Source: the human T2T-CHM13v2.0 reference genome, Homo sapiens | Length of the DNA: 64,000 nucleotides | Reading direction: 5' to 3' (one strand) | Assembly (NCBI RefSeq): GCF_009914755.1 | Contig: NC_060935.1 | In this document: in pieces, positions 1 through 11,949 of the stretch | How the letters are laid out: every line of letters begins with the position of its first letter | Numbering within the stretch: the first letter of the stretch is position 1 | Made by a program: the position numbers and the translations under genes | The notes under the pieces: model-generated | Databases searched by the model: none | What the model was told of the DNA's origin: nothing | The model's input: the letters and a program-made list of their open reading frames with translations, nothing else

Positions 1-904
1 GGGGCGATAGCAGTTTGAGCAAAGCCATTTGGATCCTAAAACAAATCGATTGGCAAGTATTACACTCGGCTCTTCAAAGGGAACTGCTGATTTTAGCATG
101 TTGGGAAGTTTCACAAGGGTATACATTTTCATATTTTTCTCCTGTCAGTAGTTTCCATGGCACCAAAGTTTCTCTGTAGCATTTGACGCTCCAGAGCAGC
201 TCCAGTTATCTCTAAGGGTGTCACAAAGTTTTGAAAAAAAATTATCAAAAACAAATTAGTTTCAATTCACTGTAATTACAGAGAAATACTAAGTCCTAGC
301 AAGGAGTGTTACAGAGTCACCCAGTCAACACCTAGTGTGGCACCTGCTGGGACATACCTGTGTCATTTCTGAGCCAGGACACACCTGCGACTGCAGGTCT
401 ATCACTGTCGAATCATCTGGAATGATGCTGTATTGACAGTGCCCTTATCTTCTATTGTTGTACTGATCCTGTATCCCTTCCTGTTGGTTGATCCTCTTTT
501 ATGTACTGGTGAGTGATGTTCCTTATTTATAAAAGAGTGAGAAGATTAAACTTAGTGAATGTTGATTAGCATTCTCAGCACTGCTTTGAAAATACATATC
601 ATAACGAACTCTTCTCAGCTATAATACGGCGCTCCAGAATCATAACTCTGGCCTCCATGCTATTGTAATTTTTGTGAGTATACTTTATTGCTCCCTAGCC
701 CTGGGAGGAATGAAGATACTGAGCTTATTATTTTTTTTATGTTATAGAAACATCAACAAATAGTTTCAAAAATGTCCCCAGGAAGGTAGAAAAAGTAAAT
801 GTTGAAAGAGGGTACAATAATGGACTCAGGACTTCGTTGGCTCTGGGCTGAAGTGGGCCCCACTTGGAGGGTTTGCTTGCTTGTTGGTTTTTGTTTCTTT
901 CATG

Positions 905-2730
905 ACTTTATTGACATATAATTTGTATATCATTAAATTCACCTGTTTAAAGTGTACAATTCAGTGGTTTTTAGTGTATGTGCAGAGTTGTACAACTATC
1001 ACCACGATCTAATTTTAAAATATTTTATCACCCCCAAACAAACCCCGTTATCTATTAGTCAGTCCCATTGCTCCTTCCTCCCAGTCCTACGCAATCTACC
1101 TTCTGTCTCTGTGGATTGGCCCATTCTGGACATTTTATATTTATGGAATCATATAGTATGTGGCCTTTTATGTGTAGCTTCTTTTACATGGCATGATGTT
1201 TTCCAGGTTTATCTTTATTTTAACAAATATCAGTACTTTACTCCTTTTTATTGCTGAATACTATGAATATAATGTGTCATCTTGTTTATTCATCAGGTGA
1301 TGAACATGTGAATTTTTTCCACTTTTTGGCTTTTGTGAATAATGCTGTGATGAATGTTCATGTACAAATTCTTGTGTGGACATACGTTTTTGGTTCTCTT
1401 AGGTATATACCTAGGAATGGAATTGCTGGATCATATGATAACTATGTTGAATCATTTGAGGAACTACCAAACTGTTTTGCAAAGAGGCTGCACCATTTTA
1501 GAATCTTGCCGGCAATGTATGAGGATTCTGATTTCTCCACATCCTTGTCAACACTTGTTATTGTGTCTTTTTTATTTCAACCATCTTAGTAGATGTGAAG
1601 TGTAGCTCATTTTGGTTTTGATTTGTATTTCCCTAATGGCTAATGATGTGGAACATCTTTTCATATGCGTAATGACTGTTTTTATGTCTTCTTTGGAGAA
1701 ATGTCTGTTCAAATCCTTTGGCCATTACAAAAATTGGATTATTTGTCTTTTCATTGCTTAACTGTAAGAGCTCTTTATATATTCTAGATACAAGCGTCTT
1801 ATCAGACATTTGGTTTGCAAATATTTTCTTCCATTCTGTGGGTTTTACTTTCTTGATAGTGCACTTGAAGGCAAAATGTTTTAAATTTTATGAAGTTCAA
1901 TTTATCTATTTTTTTTTCTTTTGTTGCTTGTACTTTTGGTGTCATATCTAAGGAACTGTTGCCTAATCTAAGGTCATGAGAATTTACTCCTATGTTTTCT
2001 TCAAAGAGTTTTGTAGTTTTAGCTCTTACATTTAGGTTCATGATGCATTTTAAATTGATTTTTGTATATGGTGTGAGGTAGGGTCCAATTTTGTTGTTTT
2101 ACATGTGGGTATCAATTGTCCCAGCACCATTCATTGAAAAGACCCTTCTTTTCTCATTGAATTGTCTTGGTGTTCTTGTTGAAAATCAATTGACCGTAAA
2201 TGTAAGGGTTTACTTTTGGACTCTCAGTTCTATTACATTGATCTCATATGTCCATCTTTATGCCACTGCCACACTGTAGTATAGTGTATTGTAGCTTTAT
2301 AGTAAGTGTTTGTTTGTTTGGTTTTGGCTTTTTTTTTCAGACAGGGTCTCACTCTTTTGCCCAAGCAGAAGTGCAGTGGTGTGATCATGGCTTACTGCAG
2401 CCTTCACCTCTCCCTCCTCACCCTACAGAGTAGCTGGGACTACAGGCACATGCCACCTCACGCAGCTAATATTTTTGTGTGTGTTTGTTTTTTGGTAGAG
2501 ATGGGGGTTTCACCATGTTGCCAAGGCTGGTCTTGAACTCTTGAGTTCAAGCAATCCACCTGCCAATCCACCCGCCTTGGCCTCCGAAAATACTGGGATT
2601 ATAGGAATGAGCCACTGTGCTCAGGCCTGTAGTAAGTTTTAAAATCCAGGAAGTTAGAGTTTTCTGACTTTTTTCTTCTTTGTTTTGTTTTCTTCTTTGG
2701 CTTTGTTTTGGTTATTCTGTGTCCTTGAGA
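905..2730 (-). mobile_element. L1MB-like LINE-1 3' fragment (3'UTR plus ORF2 end), interrupted by an Alu
   Basis: Reverse-complement L1M 3' signature 'tttaaagtgtacaattcagtggtttttagt...' followed by antisense ORF2 motifs (gaattgctggatcatatg; ttggagaaatgtctgttcaaatcctttgg); resumes after the Alu at 2628. Confidence 0.9.
2308..2627 (-). mobile_element. AluJ-type SINE inserted in L1
   Basis: Dimeric Alu in reverse orientation; target repeat 'tagtaagt' on both sides; small internal deletion and an 'aatccacc(t/c)gcc' duplication. Confidence 0.9.
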
Positions 2731-2870
2731 GAGAAGCTTTTAATGCTAGTGTGCCACTTCCACTCAGGATTCTGGCTGCAGGAGGAAGTAGGCAGTGTTG
2801 GTGAATGGGCAGAGTACTGCTACAGTGTGATTTAGTGATTTGTTAGGTGTTTCCATAAGTTTCTTGCATT

Positions 2871-2991
2871 TTTTTTAAGAGACTAAATTTTGCTATGTTG
2901 CCCAGGCTGGTTTCAAACTCCTGGGCTCAAGGGATCCTCCTGCCTCAGCCTCATGAGTAGCTGGGACTACACGCATGCCGCTGCACCTGGC
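2871..2991 (-). mobile_element. Free left Alu monomer (FLAM_A-like)
   Basis: Single ~120-bp monomer; perfect 15-bp TSD taagtttcttgcatt at 2856-2870 and 2992-3006. Confidence 0.88.
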
Positions 2992-3769
2992 TAAGTTTCT
3001 TGCATTCATAGTGAAATCTTTTTGAACACCACTACCATTACTGCCCCTCAACTTTTTATGGCCCAGGGAAGCCAAAGGCCCATCTCAGAACCTTTTTTTT
3101 TTTTTTTCAACATTCTCAGACTTTTGATCCCAGCCCAGCATCTTCCCTGTCTCTAGCACCTGCTTCTGGGTGTGCCCTCTTGAGTTCTTGCCCCATGTCA
3201 CCCTTGATGGTAAACTTAGCCACTTCATTAGTTCTCTAAGTCATGCAGTCATGCTAAGCATTTTGCAACATTGGTAAACTTTATGAAGATTAAGGGGTCA
3301 CTTGGAGTAATCATGTAGGGCATAGCATTCTTCCATCTTAATCATCCCTTCTTCTCTCTCTCCTCATTCTCTTCATTCCAGATCTCCCTATTCCTATCTC
3401 CAATTGTTGATGCTCAGTTACTCAGAACAGCTTTATTCCTTCTTAGAAGTCTCATTCAGGTTTTGAAGAAAACAACTTCTAGCCTAATGAGCTCATCAGA
3501 GCCTTTACCCAACAGTGGAGGTTTTCTCTAAGGTCTCTCCCTAGAAGGAGTCTCCTTCCCTCCTGCTAAGAGAGAAAACATCTCTCCAACTGCTTTCACA
3601 TGTTGACTCACAGCAAAATCTGTTAGCCCTATCAGGGAATTTGCCAGGTAGGTGCAGATCTGGCATGGACTCTGCAGGCAGGAACAGAGCCAGGTTTCTG
3701 AGGTCCATCCTGGGTTGTACATTCTGCGAGTCTCTGAGCCCTTGGTTTCTTTATCAGAACCTTATGAAC

Positions 3770-4490
<721 letters not shown>

Positions 4491-5019
4491 CTGTCTCTGT
4501 TCAGGAGCCCAAGAACAGAGAAGGATCTCAGACTGGAGAAGTCAGTAGGTATAGCCTGAAATAGTTGCTGACTGCATGTCAAAAATTTCTTTCAGGTCTC
4601 ATTTTTTATCTTAAAATTGTGCACATTCTGCACCACAGTCCGTATTATATCCATGTTTCTCATGCTGCAAAATCTAATAAGTAAAATCAGTACTTTGGAG
4701 AGATTCACCTTACTAGTTGCTGCAGCTTCCCTCATTTCCTACCATGCTTCTACTTACCTCCAGGCTGTTTCCAGTTTGAGAAACAGGGCTTTCTCTGGAC
4801 TTGGTGCTCCAGCTTCCAATGTGTGACCAGGAACATGAGTAGGGGCTGCTTTGAAGGCAGCCACCCTGTAGTGACCAAACCCAGAGCCCAGTGCAGGGTC
4901 TCAAATAGGGTCACAAGAAACATTTGTTGGAAGAGTGAAAGAACAAATAAATCAAATTGTGTCTGTACTTCAGACTTGGATGGCTGTGGCTGTAGTGTCT
5001 GTTTGGGGCTTTTCTGATG

Positions 5020-5400
5020 CTTGTTCATGTTAATCCATCAAATAGTTATTGAATGGCTATTAGGGTACCCCCAAAATCAGGGATTTGGGGAAATTAAAGA
5101 TGAATAACCATAGTCCCTACCTTCAAAGAGCTTCCGTCTAGTGGGAAAGGAGGAGGCAAGTGGAAATTTTAATGTAGAGTATTAAGTACTGTAGGGTCAA
5201 ACCCAGGTGCTGAAGAAGCACCTAGGAGGGGCATCTGACCCAATCTTGGGCGAACAGGGGATACTTCCTGGAGGAGGTGATGTCCAAGACAAGTCTTAGA
5301 GGTTGCATAGGAGTTGTCAGGACATTGAAAGGAGGAAGAGAGAAAGACACGCGTGAAGGCTCATTGGTGAGAGGAACTATCAGCAGTTTAAAGTGGCCTA
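5020..5400 (-). mobile_element. L2 3' fragment
   Basis: 'catcaaatagttattgaatgg...tagtccctaccttcaaagagcttccgtctagtggg' matches the antisense L2 3' end. Confidence 0.7.
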
Positions 5401-5429
5401 ATTATAGTTACCTTCTCAAAGGCCCTGTC

Positions 5430-6340
5430 TTATAATCTCATTCCTTTGCCAAGCAGCCTACTATAGTGTCCTTTGCCTAAAGACTGTGTTCTCCGCTTCC
5501 GAGCATGGCATTCAAAGGCTCTCCACCATTTGGTCTCATATGCACGTTCCCTTCGAGTCATATTAGATTAGTCCCCATTCCCTGACCATTTTCCTCATTC
5601 TCCCCTCTTGGCTAATTTTATATCCTTTATCTAGAATAACCTTTCCTATCTTCTCCACTGGTCAAATCCTACTCCCTTCTGGGAAGTCCTAAGATGCTGT
5701 ATTTTAAAAACAGATTAAAAAAAATCTGTTTTTGTGTTACTATAAAGGGATACCTGAGGTGGAATAATTTATAAGGAAAAGAGGTTTGATTGGCTCTTGG
5801 TTCTGCGGGCTGTACAAGCATGGCTCCAGCATCTGCTTCTGGTGAGGGCCTCAAGAAGCCTTCTATCATGGAGGAAGGGAAAGTGCACCAGCATCTCACA
5901 TGGAAAGAGTAGGAGCAAGAGAGAGAGGGAGAAGGTGGCAGGCTCTTTAAACAACCAGCTGTCTCCTGCACTCAGAGCTAGAATTCACTCATTACCATAT
6001 GGAGGGCACCAAGCCATTCATGAGTGATCCTCTGCCATGACCAAAACACCTCCCACCAGGCCCCACCTCCAACATCGAAAATTACATTTCAACATGAGAT
6101 TTACAGGGGACAAACACCCAAACTATATCAGATGTCATCTGGCTTGTGAAGCCTTAAATTTGCCCTGAATTGGACTTACTTTGCCCCACCTCCGTGATTC
6201 CAGAGCTCATATCTTTCATTATGCAGCATTGATCACATTCAGTCGTACACTTTAGTTATATAACCTTTCCCTTGCTCGTTGCTCTTCTGTGAGCAACTTG
6301 AGGGCAGGGATGCAAGGCCAATTCATCTTTAAGTTCCACA
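5430..6340 (+). mobile_element. L2 fragment split by an MSTB LTR
   Basis: 'gcatggcattcaaaggctctcc' upstream and 'ctgtgagcaacttgagggcagggat' downstream of the LTR. Confidence 0.55.
5698..6130 (-). mobile_element. MSTB-like MaLR solo LTR
   Basis: tgtatt...aactatatca termini, internal MST motifs, 5-bp TSD gatgc/gatgt. Confidence 0.88.
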
Positions 6341-6409
6341 GAGCTCTTTCTCTCGCTGTCTTAGAATCACATGTGTGACAATGCCTGACAATATGCGATT
6401 CTAAGAGAC

Positions 6410-6650
6410 TGAGAGAAAGAGCACCCACTTTAGACTCAAGCCTGGGTTCAACTCTCTATCCTGGCACTAATGCTATGCCTTGGGGAAGCCCTTTAACTGC
6501 CCCTTGGGCTCCTAACTTCCTCATTTGTAAAAGAGAGATAATGATAATAGCCACTTTGGGAAGTGGGTTGGAGGATTAAATGAAATGGCATCAGCAAAGA
6601 GTACTGCATAGAAACTGGCACCCAGTAGGTACCCAATAAACACCTGCCAA
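6410..6650 (+). mobile_element. MIR SINE
   Basis: 'cctgggttcaa...ttcctcatttgtaaaa...ggaggattaaatga...ctggcacccagtaggtacccaataaa'. Confidence 0.8.
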
Positions 6651-7283
6651 ACGAAATGGCTGCAGCCTAATTGCTGCTCAGTTTATTTTGGTTCTGCTTT
6701 TTCCAGGCGAGGGCCTGTCATCTTCATAAACACTCCAGCGTGAGGAATGGTGGAGGAATTCTAATTATTTGGTGTTATAGACTTTTTTTGTTAATTAAGG
6801 AGGGCTGCAATATTTTAAACTCACACGGGAATATCCAAGGGAATTGAAAGCCTTGCAGAATATGTATCTTCAGGGAATATGGTGTTGAGAACTCTGGGTG
6901 TGTGGGTTTGCTGGTTGCTGCTGCGGAGCTGTGAACATTTAAAGCAGCGAGTGTGCAAAAGAGGGAGCTTCTCATTCTCCTGCAATGACTTTCTGAGCAG
7001 AGGGGGCCAGAGCTGTATATGCCCCTAACACCCAATTCCTCACCTCGTCTTTTCTTTCTTATGGAGCCCTGATTCATAGAAGCTGGAGGTAGTTTTGCCT
7101 CTTCTGGTACTGTGGCTGCTAGTGTATGGATGCATATTTATTCATTTTTTACTTAGCCTTGTTCTAGAAAAGAATTTGCAGTGGTGAGCTTGTAAATATA
7201 GCCTGTTTCTTCTCCGTTTAATGGCTCTTAAACAAAAGTGCATATCAGATTTGACTAATGAACTTTTCAAAAAATATGTTTTT

Positions 7284-7444
7284 GGCCAGGCATAGTGGCT
7301 CACGTCTATAATCCCAGGGCTTTGGAAATCTGAGGTGGGAGGATCGTTTGAGCCCAGGAGTTCGAGGTTATAGTAAGCTATAATCATGCCAGTGTACTCC
7401 AGTCAGGTGACAGAGTGAGATCCTGTCTCTTTAAAAAAAAAAAA
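7284..7444 (+). mobile_element. Monomeric Alu with left-arm-type 5' end and right-arm-type 3' end (FRAM-like or recombined)
   Basis: Starts ggccaggcatagtggctcac, continues as right arm (gttcgaggttatagtaagctat...gacagagtgaga), ends in poly-A. Confidence 0.8.
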
Positions 7445-7757
7445 GGCCAGGTGCAGCGGCTCATGCCTGTAATCCCAGCACCTTAGGAGGCAGAGGCAGG
7501 AGGATCACTTGAGCCCAGGAGTTTGACACCATTCTGGGCAATATAGCAAGACCCTCATCTCGCTCTCTCAAAAAAAAAAAAAAATTAGCTAGACGTGGTG
7601 CACATCTATGGTCCCAGCTGCTCAGAAGGCTGAGGCAGGAGGATCACTTGAGCTCAGGAGATCAAGGCTGCAGTGAACTGTGATTGTGCCACTGTACTTC
7701 AGCCTGGGTGACAGAGTGAGACTGAGACTCCATCTCAAAAATTAAAACAAACAAAAA
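7445..7757 (+). mobile_element. AluJ
   Basis: Full dimer with J-type 'ggaggatcacttgagcccagg'; directly follows the monomer tail. Confidence 0.92.
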
Positions 7758-7799
7758 TATAGTCTCTCTCCCGCCTGCCCCCCACCCAACTCCCCCCAG

Positions 7800-7892
7800 G
7801 TTGGGATTCATTAAATCTGGGGTGGGCCTGGTCACATTAGTATCCTTCAGTAAACCCTCACATGTGCCCATCCCTGCTTGAGAAGCTTGGCT
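7800..7892. mobile_element. MER5-like hAT MITE fragment
   Basis: 'attcattaaatctggggtgggcctgg...gcttgagaagc'. Confidence 0.5.
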
Positions 7893-8329
7893 GTAGATCA
7901 CACACATGATCTTTTAAAACCTGGAAACTCCACACAACTGGTCTGGGCAATAGCCCGTGGGAGAGACGGCAAGTTTGAATGCTTCTCAGGAAATCTATTA
8001 CTGTGCTGAAATTGGCAAACTGCCAAGGCAGCTTTGAAGGGAACAAGAATCTGCAGTTTTGTTGAAAGACAAGTTTACTCTGTAATCAGGGACTTGGCTA
8101 ATGAGTGCATAGGCCATGCTGATTAGGGAATAAGACATCGAGATGAATGAATGGGGGTGTGTGCTCATTGGCGAAGCTCACCTCCATCTCTCTCTGTGGT
8201 CAGCCCAGAGGCTGGTGCCAGATGTTGAACTAGAGAAGCCTCAAGCTTATAAGCCACGGGTCAAATTCAAAGAGGTTATCCAAGAAGAGGAGGAACTAGT
8301 AGATGCTAGACGCCCAGAATCCAGAGCAG

Positions 8330-8886
8330 TTTTGATACAGCAGTCTTTAAACAACAAAGGTCAGATAGTGTCACCATTTTGCTTAAAACTCTTCAAAGGA
8401 TTCCCATTGTACTTAAAGTCTGAACTCCATACAGTAGCCTACTGGCACCTACCTGTCCTGGCCTCTCTCACCTCTCTTCGTAGCTCCTACACTTCAGCTG
8501 CTATCCCTGGAATTCTCAAGCTCACCATTCTTTCAGAACCTTGCAGTTCCTTCTTCCAAGCGCATTGCCCCCAACCTCCCAGCTCCTGCTCATCATTCAG
8601 GTCTCAGCTCAGTTGTCCCCTTAGAGGGGCACAAAAATGTGCACCCTATTACAAATAAACTCTCCTAACGTCACACTGAAACACGTTACCCTGTCTTATC
8701 TTTGCTTTTTCACAAAACCTATTCCTACTTGAACATCTCTCGTTTATTTACTAATGTCTATTGTATGTCTCTTTCATTAGAATGTAGGCTTTGTGTGTTT
8801 TGTTTGGTTCTGTATCTCTGGCACCTGTAAGAGTATTAGGCACAGTTGGGAGTTCAACAAATAAGTGATTGAATGAATGAATGAAT
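8330..8886 (+). mobile_element. L2 3' region
   Basis: 'gtcagatagtgtcaccattttgcttaaaactcttcaa' through the terminal 'caacaaataagtgattgaatgaatgaatgaa'. Confidence 0.85.
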
Positions 8887-9375
8887 CAAGCCAGTAAACT
8901 GGAGCCTAGAGGGCTGACCCCCAGACTGAAGTTCTGGCAACTCATGGTCAGTGCTTGATCAGGCCAAAGGCAGTAACACTTCAGTATCTATGCAAGAAGG
9001 TTGTTATTCAGTAGTAGCAGAGCTGTGTCAGTTAAGAATAGAGCTAAGTCAGCCTGCTTCTCCAGAGGAGTCTCCCTGGAGCCTTCTTGGTGTGGCCTGA
9101 GCCCGAGGAGGAGGAGGTGTTTCTACCTGGGTAGAATGCCCCCCACCACTTTTGGAACACTGGGTGGGGAGCTGAGAAGTCTGTCTCTGATACTTCAGAA
9201 AAAGTGAACGCTTAACAAGATGTAGAAATCCAGTGAGGTATGACTCACAGAAATGTTCTCTCTGACCTTCTGCCCAATGGGATGGAACACAATAAATTTC
9301 AAGATGTAAGATATTTAATGTAGGGTTTTTAGAAAGGCACTGTGATGAATAATCTGTGGTGGAGTGCCACGCAGG

Positions 9376-9416
9376 TGCACGCACACACACACAAACACAC
9401 ACACACACACACACAC
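9376..9416. repeat. (CA)n microsatellite
   Basis: Interrupted CA run. Confidence 0.95.
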
Positions 9417-9609
9417 GACACTACCCCCCTTTGCATGTGGTTCTCTTCGGTTAACTCTTGCTCACTTTTCCAGCCTTGTTAAGGTGCCATTTGCTTTGGG
9501 AATCACTGGGTGCTGGTCAAAGTGCTCATATTGGGTGATCTCTTTAGATGGCTTTGTCTGAGCACATCCTCCCCTCTTGGGATTGTCAGTTACTTGCTCC
9601 CACCCTCAC

Positions 9610-9720
9610 TTCCTAGAACTGTGAGCTCCTCGAAGGACTGTATAATTTGTCTTTATGTTTCTGTCACCCAGCACAGTGTCTGATCTACCATGGTGCTTAA
9701 TAAATGTCTGCTGAATGCAC
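9610..9720 (+). mobile_element. L2 terminal fragment followed by (CA)n at 9728-9748
   Basis: 'tagaactgtgagctcctcgaagg...gtgcttaataaatgtctgctgaatg'. Confidence 0.7.
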
Positions 9721-10149
9721 AGATGCATACACACACACACACACACACCACTGTGGGAAACCACTTACGTTTTGTCCAAGTTCATAGACCCAAGGAACAG
9801 CCCCAGAGGCACAGAGCACCTGCTGTACTAAAATAGGTGGAGACCTGTGAACTACAGGTAAGACAAGAGGTCCAGCTACATTTAGACAGAAGGCTTATGG
9901 TCCAGCCAGAGGGGGTGTTGGCTTGTCACATAAAAGGGAAAGGCTTGAGTGTTTCTCTGATATTTACTTCCCCTACAGTAAAAGGGCAGGACAGGGGAAC
10001 CAACCTAGCGACATTAAAATCATTGTCTTCTGTGGTATGCAGATTCACCTGACCTTGAACTCACTGATGACATGGTATCGATTGCACCACCACCTGCAGT
10101 CCTGCAGCAGCAGCTGCCAGCAGAAGCCATGCTAACAGAACTCACAGAG

Positions 10150-10197
10150 AGGCAAGTTTTGTTCTAGCCTGACAAGCATGCCTGGCTTTGCAAGCCC
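10150..10197. promoter_or_regulatory. Candidate p53/p63/p73 response-element cluster
   Basis: AGGCAAGTTT-t-GTTCTAGCCT-gac-AAGCATGCCT-ggct-TTGCAAGCCC: two perfect and two near RRRCWWGYYY half-sites. Confidence 0.35.
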
Positions 10198-10539
10198 CCC
10201 AGACGGGCAAAGGTTTCTGCAAAGCTATGTCTTGCAGGGATTGCAGTTTTGTCTTGGGGAAAACACAGATTGGCCTGAACCCGTTGGGGGAGGAACAGAG
10301 CGAAAGAGGTTTTTTCAAGCTCTGCAGAGCTGTTATAACCACATGGAGCGGATTTCAGAGCTGATGGGCTCCGCCTGCAGAAGGCTGCATAGCAACAAGG
10401 GAGGAGTTCTCCATTTCTGTCCTTTTAAAGAGCTGGTCACAGATAGGAATAGCATTTTTTTCCATCTGATTTTTATGTTGTCCTTCATGTAAACAGTAAG
10501 CCATGATTTTGCTTTATATGGACAGATAGAGTGGTCACA

Positions 10540-10915
10540 GTTCAAGCCCTTCACTTGAACTATCTCATTTAATCCTCAAAATATTTCTGAGGAGGTGCTA
10601 TTATTTTTTTAAATTATTATTATTATGATTTTAGACGGAGTCTTGCTCTGTGGCCAGGCTGGAGCGCAGTGGCACGATCTCGGCTCACTGCAACCTCTGC
10701 CTTTCACCATGTTGGCCAGGATGGTCTCGATCTCTTGACCTCGTGATCCACCTGCCTTGGCCTCCCAAAGTGCTGGGATTACAGGTGTCAGCCACCATGC
10801 CCAGCCACAGGTGCTATTATTATCCTCATTTTCACAAATGAGGAAGCTCAGACTTGGGCATGTTGCCCCTAAGGTTACTCAGTTAGTAAATGGTAGAGCC
10901 AGAATTTGAATCCAA
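10540..10915 (-). mobile_element. MIR split by an Alu
   Basis: 'tatctcatttaatcctca' upstream and 'attatcctcattttcacaaatgaggaagc...agagccagaatttgaatcc' downstream. Confidence 0.8.
10606..10806 (-). mobile_element. AluSc/Y-like element with internal deletion
   Basis: 13-bp TSD aggtgctattatt (10593-10605, 10809-10821); the body jumps from right arm to left arm at ctctgcct|ttcaccatg. Confidence 0.88.
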
Positions 10916-11921
10916 AGGAGATGAAGACATATATGGGATATATACAGATCTGCATATCTTCAGATATTTTTTTCACCAGTGCTCATTATGTTTTTATCCT
11001 CTTTGCCTTTGTTAGGGTAGACAAGAGGTAAAGCTGAGATCATGGAAGTGGAAGCTTTCTATGGATTTGCTGGACTGAGCTGGGGGTTCCTGGGCTAGGT
11101 GCCTTCAGCTGCACTTGTAGCAACAAGGAGAGGCTGAGGCAAGGCCAGAGGGCATTCAAGTGACACTCATGCCACCTGGGAGCTGCCACCTGGCCTTCCT
11201 TCATCTGTGATTGGCCAGCGTTAGGAAGAAAAGCCAGAATGTGAAATTTACAAATGGTTTGTCGAGGGAGGGAACTGGGGGACATCCAAGTTAGAAGAGG
11301 TTGGCAAAGGGTAAAATGAATAGCCAACCAAAATATAAGGCAACAGTGGGCAGGAGGTCTGGGCTGCACAGATGACAAGCTGGCCCTTGAAGTGGCTGTG
11401 CCAAAGAGAAAGGGGAAGAAGTGCCAAGAATGGAAAATCAGTGGGAAATTTAAAAGTTGAATTAGAAAATCTGAAATGAAAGTGGCATCGGAGAATAAGA
11501 GAAGGCTTTCTGTTATATTGGAATTAAAGAGACAGAGCTTGTGATTCTCAAACCTTTTCTGTTGTTAAGAGCGTCACCCTAGGTCTGGAAATTGAATTGA
11601 GGGGTGCGTTTTTAGCAGAATTGTTGGGAGGGAAAACAGGAGCCAATGCCGGGCACATTTTTGATTGAGAAACAGATTTTAAAAGGGAAGAAAAGAAAGA
11701 AGAAAAGGCAGGACTCTCAGGACCAAGCAAGGTAGCAGAAGAGAGGCTCAGAGCTTTCCTTAGGGTCTCCATTTAAAAACTGTGGTATGTTTAACACGCA
11801 GAAACTTGTTTTGAAAGACTGAGCTGTAAGAGACAGCCTATTAGCTTGTTTTCCTAAATCAAGTTAAATTTGGCTTCAAGCCTCCATGTATCAGAGTTGG
11901 AGGGAGGTTCATATTAATGAT

Positions 11922-11949
11922 TGTGTGTGTGTGTGTGTGTGCACGCGTG
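11922..11949. repeat. (TG)n microsatellite at an L1 tail
   Basis: TG run adjoining the L1 3' end. Confidence 0.95.

Noticed and set aside
1-50. Minus-strand acceptor-like 'gatttgttttag|gatcc' with open frames to the window edge
   Set aside because: Weak pyrimidine tract, only ~35 nt visible, peptides unrecognisable
8143-8658. 171-aa + strand ORF
   Set aside because: About two-thirds overlaps an L2 fossil; no recognisable domain or exon structure
9781-9863. Possible 77-nt exon ending in CAG|gtaaga
   Set aside because: Good donor but poor acceptor, with no other support
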